Source: the human T2T-CHM13v2.0 reference genome, Homo sapiens
Reading direction: 5' to 3' (one strand)
Assembly (NCBI RefSeq): GCF_009914755.1
Contig: NC_060944.1
DNA length: 64,000 nucleotides
Shown here: one piece after another, positions 55,623-64,000 of the stretch
How the letters are laid out: each line of letters opens with the position of its first letter
Numbering within the stretch: position 1 is the first letter of the stretch
The notes under the pieces: generated by a model
The model's input: only the letters and a program-made list of their open reading frames with translations
The model's database searches: none
What the model was told of the DNA's origin: nothing
Made by a program: the position numbers and the translations under genes

Positions 55623-56126
55623 CTTAAGAATAGGTTAATGGGCCAGGTGTGGTGGCTCACACCCGTAATCCCAGCACTTTGGGAGGCCGAGACAGGCAGA
55701 TCACCTAAGGTCAGGAGTTTGAGACCAGCCTGGCCAACATGGCAAAACCCTGTCTCTATTAAAAATAAAAAATTAGCTAGGCATGGTGGCACACACCAAT
55801 AATCTCAGCTACTTGAGAGGCTGAGGCAAGACTCACTTGAACCTGGGAGGCGGAGGTTGCAGTGAGCTGAGATCATGCCACTGCACTCCAGCCTGAGCAA
55901 CAGAGTGAGACTCTCTCTGGAAAAAAAAAAAGAATAAGTTCATGCATAAACACAATATGGTAGATTCATACAAGGGGATTTTTTAAGCAATCAAAAGAAA
56001 TAAGTTATCAAATCATAAAAAGACATGAAGGAAACTTAAATCACATTACTTAATAAAACAATCCAGTCAGAAAAGGCGACATATGTGCTGGGTACAATGG
56101 CTCACACTTTATTACCCAGCACTTTA

Positions 56127-56363
<237 letters not shown>

Positions 56364-56830
56364 TCAAAAAAAAAAAAAAAGAAGGAAGGAAAGAAAGAAA
56401 GAAAGAAAGAAAGAAAGCGAGCAACATATTGTATGATGTAACTATATGACATTCTAGAAAAGGTAAAACTATAGTGTAAAAGGTCTGCGGTTGCCAAAGG
56501 TTGGGGTGAGGGGAGGGAGTGAGGGATGAAGAGTTGAAGCAAAGATTTTTAGGACAGTAAAACTTTTATTTATATACATGACATTATGCATGTGTCAAAA
56601 CCTATAGAACTATGTACAACATAAAGAATGAACCCCAATGTAAACTACGGACTTTAGTTAATAATGATGTATTAATACTGGCTCATCAATTGCAACAAAT
56701 GTACCACTCTAATACAAGATGTTAATAATAGGGGAAATTGTGTGGAGGAGGGAGAGGGAATGTGGGAACTCTGTAATATCTGGTCAATTTTTCTGTAAAC
56801 CTAAAACTGTTCTAAAAAATTAAGTCTATT

Positions 56831-56965
56831 GGCCAGGCACAGTGGCTCACACCTGTAATCCCAGCACTTTGGGAGGCCATGGCAGGAGAATCACTTGAGG
56901 CCAGGAGTTTGAGCCCAGCCTGGGCAACATAATGAGACTCTGTCTCTACAAAAACATTTTTAAAA
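56831..56965 (+). mobile_element. FLAM/Alu left monomer at the L1 3' end
   Basis: TSD AAAAATTAAGTCTAT. Confidence 0.82.
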
Positions 56966-58331
56966 ATTAAGTCTATAATTTGAAAAAAGATTCACTGCAG
57001 TATATAAGGCTCTAGTATCACTTCTTTAAGGAAATCTTTCCTGCTCTCCCATCATATTCCCAAGATGGGTTAGGTGCTCTTCTCCCAAGCTCCCATAATA
57101 CCCTGCACATATATTTATTTCTATGGTTGCACCTACCACATTGTATTTTAACATTTATCTGTATCGCTGTCAGTTCATAGCTGTGGTTTGCTGACGCTTG
57201 GCCTAGAATGCAGAGATGGTGAAATAAGCTAATCCATTGAACCCTTTAACAGGCACCTAGGAATGCCTGACAAAGGGCACTTCTGTTCCCTCAATGCACT
57301 GTTGATGTCATTTGTGGTATAATCATTATTAGCCCTCTGGTCCATTAGGCTATTTTCTGGATGACGGCATAAGGCACAGTCTTGTGACATTAAAAGTTAC
57401 TTAGCCTGAGTAGTCTCTAGATTACTGGTCTAGGGTCTGCCAAAGACGATCCTCATGGGGAAGTTTTTGCACTAACCTCTCCAGGATTCAAATCCAATGG
57501 TTTTGACCCAAAACCATGCTGTTTACGTTACACAACACGTTCTCAATCTTGTTCAACTTAAAAGGTGGCACAGTACAGGGGTCACTGGCACACATGCCTA
57601 CATGACAGATAACATAAGTGACAAAAGCAGACTCAGGTCGAGAAGGGTCCCTGGCATTTGGGAAAGTCCATGCCCAGTCTAGAACAGGCAGCCACTCCTT
57701 GGCTTCAGCCAATTGTTGCCACACAGAAATGTGGACACAGTGTTACCAGACAAGGCAGAGAGGCAGATTTCTGTTCACACAGAAACTTTTCAGTTTAAAA
57801 AAGTGTTGGCAACTAAGTCAAACTGCTTAGAAATACTGGAGATGGCATATTGGGAGGGTAAGGAATCATCCAATTGAATTGGGGTATTTACGATGGGGGA
57901 GAAATAGCAGCTAAAGGATAAGGGCAGCTTTTGGAGAACCCTGATTGTCACACTCAAGGAACTTATATATTGTCATCTAGGTCTGAGTGCACACTAAATA
58001 ATTTAAGCAAGAACAGGACACGATTAGAATGGTATTTTTAAAAGATCACTTGGCAGTTGACGGGCGAGGCTGAGACCAAATGGTGAATTAGAAGTCTGTC
58101 ATTTAGCTAAGTAAGGGTAAAGGCAAGACGGCAAAGGCCTATTTACTTGGCTTTTTCTCCTACCCGACTGCAAACTCCAAGACAGCAGGGCCCCACCTGC
58201 CTTGTTCATTGCTGTGTCTCCAGCACTAAGCAAAAAGCCTGTTCAACATTTGTTGAAAGAATAAATGAACAGGAGAGAGGGAAGGCGAGAGGCATTTTGA
58301 AGGACTGAGTTTAAAAATCAACTACCTTGAA

Positions 58332-58641
58332 GCCGGTCGAGGTGGTTCATGTCTGTAATCCCAGCACTTTGGGAGGCTGAGGCGGGTGGATCACCTGAGG
58401 TCAGGAGTTTGAGACCAGCCCGGCCAATATGGCGAAGCCCCGTGTCTACTAAAAATACAAAAACTAGCCGAGAGTGGTGGCATGCACCTGTTATCCCAGC
58501 TACTCAGGAGGCTGAGGCAGGAGAATTGCTTGAACCTGGGAGGCAGAGATTGCAGTGAGCCAAGATTGTGACACTGCCTGGGCGACAGAAAGAGACTCTG
58601 TCTCAAAAACAGAAAACAAAACAAAACAAAACAAAACAAAA
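58332..58641 (+). mobile_element. AluS
   Basis: TSD AAAATCAACTACCTT; (AAAAC)n tail. Confidence 0.9.
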
Positions 58642-58730
58642 TCAACTACCTTCAGAGGAGTAGAATGTTGGTAATTGTGAGAGCAGTCATGGAGGGGAGG
58701 GGAGCCATGGAGGCCTGTTTCCTTCCCTGA

Positions 58731-58943
<213 letters not shown>

Positions 58944-59189
58944 CTACACAGGTTTTTTAAAAAGACGTTTGTGCATTGGATTCCTGGCACTTCACGTGGC
59001 CTCTTCAGTCTACCAAAGAAGGAAAAGGTAAGTACCCTGAAGGATTGAAAGGATTAAATGAACATTGAGGGATGAGCAATTTCTGTTCTTCCCTGGCTCC
59101 AGCATTACCAAAGCACACAGTAAGAGGACTGACATCGGCCTCCGACCCAGTGAGGATTACTTTCGGGGTGGAGGGGGAACTGCTAAACC

Positions 59190-60180
59190 TCGAATCTCCG
59201 GGACTGGCCCTGGCGCGTTTCCAGTCCCAGCAGAAAGGGCAATCCCCATCCAGACCACACTCCTAGTCCTCCTTATTCCCACACAGCCCGTATCTTGACC
59301 ACCCCCAGCTCCGCCCTCTCTCCTCCCACCTCCTTTTCCCGCTCCCCCGCCCCATTTCCTTCTTCTCCGCCCACCTCCTCCTGGGTCCCTCCCCCGGCCA
59401 TCCGCCCTGCCCCGGCCCCTGCAACCCTGCCTTTCGCTCTTCTTCCTCCTCCCTTCCGTCTGCGCCCCTCCCGTGGGGCCGTGGCAACCCCGTGCCTCGC
59501 TTGCCCAATGAGAACACGGTTTGGGGCGGGGCGCGGCCAGGACCGGAGCGGAAGTGGCGATCGGAGCGGAAGTGGAGCTACCGCCACCGCCGCCGCCGAT
59601 TCCGGAGCCGGGGTAGTCGCCGCCGCCGCCGCCGCTGCAGCCACTGCAGGCACCGCTGCCGCCGCCTGAGTAGTGGGCTTAGGAAGGAAGAGGTCATCTC
59701 GCTCGGAGCTTCGCTCGGAAGGGTCTTTGTTCCCTGCAGCCCTCCCACGGTGAGTGCGGCGCGGGGTCCGACCGGGGCCCCCGGGGGCCCAAACTCGAAG
59801 CCCCTCTCTGGCTGCTGCGACGACGGCGGCCCAGTGGGTGGGCCCCGTGGGGTAGCGGCGCGCTGCCTCTTTCGCTCCGCGCGGCCGCCGGCGGCGAGGC
59901 CAGACCTCGCAGCGGCCCCTCCCTGTTTCCGGGGCCGGGCCCTTTACCTCTTGGAGAGGCTCGGGCCGCCTGAGGTCCTGCCGGCCGGGCGGGGTGCAAC
60001 TCCGTACTGTGCCGTAAGGGACAGCGGAGCCGGGGATCCCGGACCCTCCCTCACTATCTGCTTCGGGCCCCACGCGACCCCTCCCTGCGTCTTGGTCGGC
60101 AAGAACGTCCCCTTCAGCCCTGTCACCTCTGCTCCGTGCTTTCTGGTTTCCAGAAATTAAAATTTAATCAAACGCGGATG
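59190..60180 (+). promoter_or_regulatory. YWHAB: CpG-island promoter of YWHAB
   Basis: High GC and CpG; CCAAT 59505-59509, GC box GGGGCGGGGC 59523-59532, two CGGAAGTG ETS sites at 59549 and 59567. Confidence 0.85.
59560..59749 (+). other. YWHAB: YWHAB non-coding exon 1 (start approximate)
   Basis: Ends CCCTCCCACG|GTGAGT (consensus donor); sequence recognised from memory as the 14-3-3 beta mRNA 5'UTR; no ATG. Confidence 0.8.
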
Positions 60181-61510
60181 AGTTTTCTAGCCCCAGTCCC
60201 CGTGTTTGGCTCCTCCTGGATGAGTAAGGGGTTTAACCTTGGGAGACAGCAGTGGGGGAACCCCCTCCCATTTTGCAGTAAAACCATTTCATCATCCTTC
60301 ACTGGTTATGGAGCCTGGCAGGACCCAAGATTCCCTAGGAAGGGAATTGGGTTTGAATCAAGAAAATCTGTTTGTTGGAGCCGGTTACTGAGTCAGGCCG
60401 GATCCCCAGGAAAAAATATCAGGGGGTGAGAATCGGAGTATTTTCTCACAGTATTTACCGTCATTTAATGCCAGATTCTTTTGTGTCTTTACCCCAAATT
60501 CCCCCATATTGTGTGTTAGCACGTTTTTCGGTCTGAAATTTGCCCGGTGGCTTCCTGGTCGGGGGGTGGGGAGCGGAGGGAAGAAGAGGTGGGAAGGTGA
60601 GTGCATCTTTGCCGCAAATGGAGAACTCCCATATAATGGGGTTTTCAGAGGTGGCAGCCTTGGTAAGCAATTTGCCAACCTTTCTGTAAAATACATGTTT
60701 CTTGTCGTTGCCTTCATTGCATTTCTCTTTGGTAAGGCTAGATAGCATCAGGTCCTGATTTTGCTTGCCCTGTGTGGGAGATGGAATTTGGCAAGATGAT
60801 GCTATGAACATAAAATCAGCCTCGGGAACCAAAAGAGAAAGGTGAAGCACTTATAAGAATATGAAAATTGTCTGCATTTCTCATTCTGTCAGTTCATGTG
60901 AAGCCAGACACAGATGCAGTTTGTAGACCTGGACACTGCAGCTTTTGCATTTTCATTTGGAAATGTGTATAAGTATTTGTTCTTGGTGAATTTCTTCTTG
61001 ACTGCTTCCAGTGTACCCTATTTCTTACTTAGGGATATCTCATTTGTTTGAGCCCTCATTTTTCTTGGATCCCTGTCCTTGGCAACACACGGTGTGTGAG
61101 TGTAAAACCTGTCAATCTTATTGGACCTAAGTTAGAAATTTAAGTGTGGCTTTCAAAATGGAAGGCTAATAATCCTGTAGCAACTGCAGAATTATTTTCC
61201 TGGCCTGTCCTTCCAATGAGATAAGAAACCATTCACCTATCTTGCAGATGAAGTCTTTATGAGAAATGAGGTGATTTGGCCTAGACTATACACCTAGTTT
61301 TTTTCAAACTGAATATCCTCATTCATCAGTAGCAAATATTTATGGATTGCCAGCCCCTGGAGTATGACGCCTACCCTGTAATCTTTTGTACATTTCACAT
61401 CTTGCAGTGCTTGTTATATTGAAGCCATTTTAGAATTGGAGCGCTATAGATCAGGGAGGCAGCCTCTATAAAACCAGGCTGAGCAAATTCCCATGATGCT
61501 GGTTCTCTAG

Positions 61511-61605
61511 GCAGAGTCTCCAGAGATTTGGGCCGCTACAAAAAGTGCATTTTGCCCATTCGGCTGTGGATAGAGAAGCAGGAAGAGCACTGGACTTGGA
61601 GTCAG
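61511..61605 (+). other. YWHAB: YWHAB alternative 5'UTR cassette exon (95 nt)
   Basis: TTCTCTAG|GCAGAG acceptor and GTCAG|GTAAAT donor; recognised from memory as the extra exon of the longer YWHAB transcript; no ATG. Confidence 0.75.
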
Positions 61606-62154
61606 GTAAATTTGGTTGAAATCTTGCCTGCAATATTTTCTAGCTTTCTGAATCTTCAGCATGTTAATCTCTGGTTCTTGGTTTTCTTATTTCCAGGGTT
61701 ATCATTAAGCCTTTTTTATAAACTGTAAATTGTTAAATATAAGCTTTTGGTTTGTTTTTTAATCAGAGTTCACTATTAATGGCTTTTTCTCTCCAGTTAA
61801 CATCTGATGACACTAAACCCTGCTTTGTACACATGTTGCTTTCAAAAAATGGTATATTATTATAGGACTTTATTTTGCATATAGGCAAATCCAGTCTTTC
61901 TGAATCATTTTCTCGTCTATATAGCACAAATGGTAATGCAGCTTTTGATATATTTTTGTTGCGACAAGCTCAATAATGAAAATAAGCATCTGGGATATAG
62001 TTGGGGTTCAATAGATGTTATTGACCATCTGCATGAATATACACGTGTATAGATTAGACATAGCATATATGCTATTCATGGACATTTATATAGAATCCAT
62101 CCATTTGTGATTTATTCACCAACTGATGAGGTGGTATCAGACAATTAGTCTATA

Positions 62155-62380
62155 ATAATAGTTACCACTTACAGTACTTACTGTGTGCTAAGCTTTCTTT
62201 TAAGCACTTTAAGCATATTAGCTCAGTCTTCATAACAACCAATGAAAGGTAAGACTGTTAGCCCCATTTTACAGATGGGGAAACTAAGGCACTGAGAAGG
62301 ATAATTTTCCCGAGGTCTCACACACAGCGCAAGGTAAGTGCCAGAACCAGGAATGAAACCAGGTGATCTGGTTCTGAGGA
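62155..62380 (-). mobile_element. MIR (intronic)
   Basis: CCCCATTTTACAGATGGGGAAACTAAGGCACTGAGAAGG. Confidence 0.75.
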
Positions 62381-63779
62381 ATGATATTATAGATTTCTGC
62401 ATGTGGTAGAGACAGCACATGTATATGTTTTATGTGAACACCATTTAGTCCTTAATTTTTCTTTACACCAATCCTAATAAAGTAAACGTTTGAATGGGAA
62501 TATTAGCTATTTTTGAAGATAGATACAGGACAATTTATTGTGGAGCATATACCCATTCTGGCCTGTAGGGATGATAATTGCTAGCATGCATCAGGAAGCA
62601 AGCTTGTGAACAATCCAGTTTTTCTAGTACTTGCTTCATACTAGGGAGAAAGTCATCAGTTACTTTGGCATAGAATTTTAGGTTCTTCATCTAATAGAAT
62701 TTGATTGTGACCATTAATTTTTGTTTATCTTACGACTTCATCAGTAGATGTTCAGATTTTTCTCATTTTGTTGGCAGGGAGGAAATGAGGAAATATATCT
62801 ACGTAAATAGAGAGAAACTTCTAAATTAAAACATCCTGTTGTGCTACCTGCTCTTTCGGTGTCAACAAACTGAGTTTTCCTTTAAATGCTGGTACCTTAG
62901 AGAATGAACTAAAATTTCCTTGTAGAGATACTTTTAAGTTCCTTGTTTCTACATTTTTCTAGGGAAAGATGACAATTCACTAGTTAAGGGGCAAGAAATT
63001 ATGGTTACATAATAGCAACCTTTAAGCTTTAGAATCCTTTTGATCTCTATGTGAATATGATCTTAGCAGTCATCTGTATTGCATGATGGAGAAACTAACG
63101 GTTGGAGCTGGATTCTGAGGGAATTTTTCTAAGGGGAATACTTGAGGAAACAGACTAAAAGTGCTTTCTGTCTCATGATATGTGTGCTGAAGGCCAATCA
63201 TCTTACTGCTTTCTCAACTAAAAGATTTTCTAATAGAGGTGTGGTTATATGTATCTGATACTTGTAATGAGATGTAAATGATCAGTGGCCTCAAGTCATT
63301 CCTAGCAGATTGTAGGTTAGTTAACTTTTTTTTTTTTTTTAAATTCTGGCCAGTTCTTTATTATGTAAGTTTTTCCCGTACTGGTTAGTTTATTTTATTG
63401 TTTTCCCTAAAAGAACCAACAGGAGGTTATTTCTGAATGGCCTTGACCAGGACAAGAAGATTGAAGGCTACAATAAAGTAGATATGAGTCCTGTCTATTA
63501 TTATTATTTGCCCTCAGCTAAGAGCTTTCCTTTAAAATTTGTTTGACATTTTGGTAAGTCTTTGGCATGTTTTTATGCTGTTTTTAACTCCTTGATTTTG
63601 TTTTTATTTTTAAAGCTAGATAACATTAGCTTAATAGGCCAGTTTTAAAATTTCACTGTAACAACCTTGTATAGTTCTTTTAAAAGTTGACAATTCTCTC
63701 TTTTCCTTAAGTGAGCATTGGAGTTCATAATTGATCTTTAGGAGATAGGGTTACATAAAGGAAAGAGCATTAATTTTAA

Positions 63780-63935
63780 AATTAATGTTGGTTTAGATCC
63801 CAGATCTGCCATATATAGCTGTGTGACCCTGAATGAGTTAACTCTTTGCATTTATAAAACGGGACAATGTCACCTGCCTCATAGGATACTTAGGATCAAA
63901 TGCGTTTCTAGGAATCCCTGAGTGCTTTGCAGGCC
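63780..63935 (+). mobile_element. MIR (intronic)
   Basis: GATCCCAGATCTGCCATATATAGCTGTGTGACCCTG...ACCTGCCTCATAGG. Confidence 0.65.
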
Positions 63936-64000
63936 ATAAATGATGGATGGATATTTTTGTTATTTACTAAACGAGTTAGCTGGTTTGGGTTTCTGTATAG

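Noticed and set aside
59273-60160. Long ORFs (266, 222 and 124 aa) over the CpG island
   Set aside because: GC-rich DNA is stop-poor; the products are low-complexity with no resemblance to 14-3-3, and they cross a canonical splice donor.
61467-61473. TATAAAA ~40 bp upstream of the cassette exon as an alternative promoter
   Set aside because: A good AG acceptor at 61509-61510 explains the exon start, and a lone TATA match in an AT-rich intron is expected by chance.

Overview
Primate genomic DNA, almost certainly human: it carries a near-consensus AluYa5. About 59 kb is gene-free and repeat-saturated, with roughly 50 Alu copies or fragments plus old L1M, MIR/L2, MaLR/ERV solo LTRs and DNA-transposon fossils. 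This is followed by a CpG-island promoter (~59.2-60.2 kb) with non-coding exon 1 (donor at 59749/59750) and a 95-nt cassette 5'UTR exon (61511-61605). I recognise these exons from memory as the 5' end of YWHAB (14-3-3 beta); its CDS lies outside the window. No intact protein-coding gene is present, and nearly all ORF-track entries are Alu, low-complexity or GC-rich artefacts. Real protein homology is limited to dead transposases and L1 ORF2: a PGBD4/MER75-type piggyBac with both ends, TTAA TSDs and an internal deletion (15263-16601), an Hsmar2 mariner (20455-21226), a Tigger2-type element (2945-4480) and a fragmented L1MC element (~48-56.8 kb). Other notable items are a full-length 7SL retrocopy, an Alu-associated ~200-bp purine tract with (GAA)19, and a small CpG-rich YY1/ETS/CTCF-like site ~18 kb upstream of the promoter. 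I found no convincing evidence of an undescribed multi-gene system. Family names come from recalled consensus sequences, not from a search, and old-repeat boundaries are approximate.
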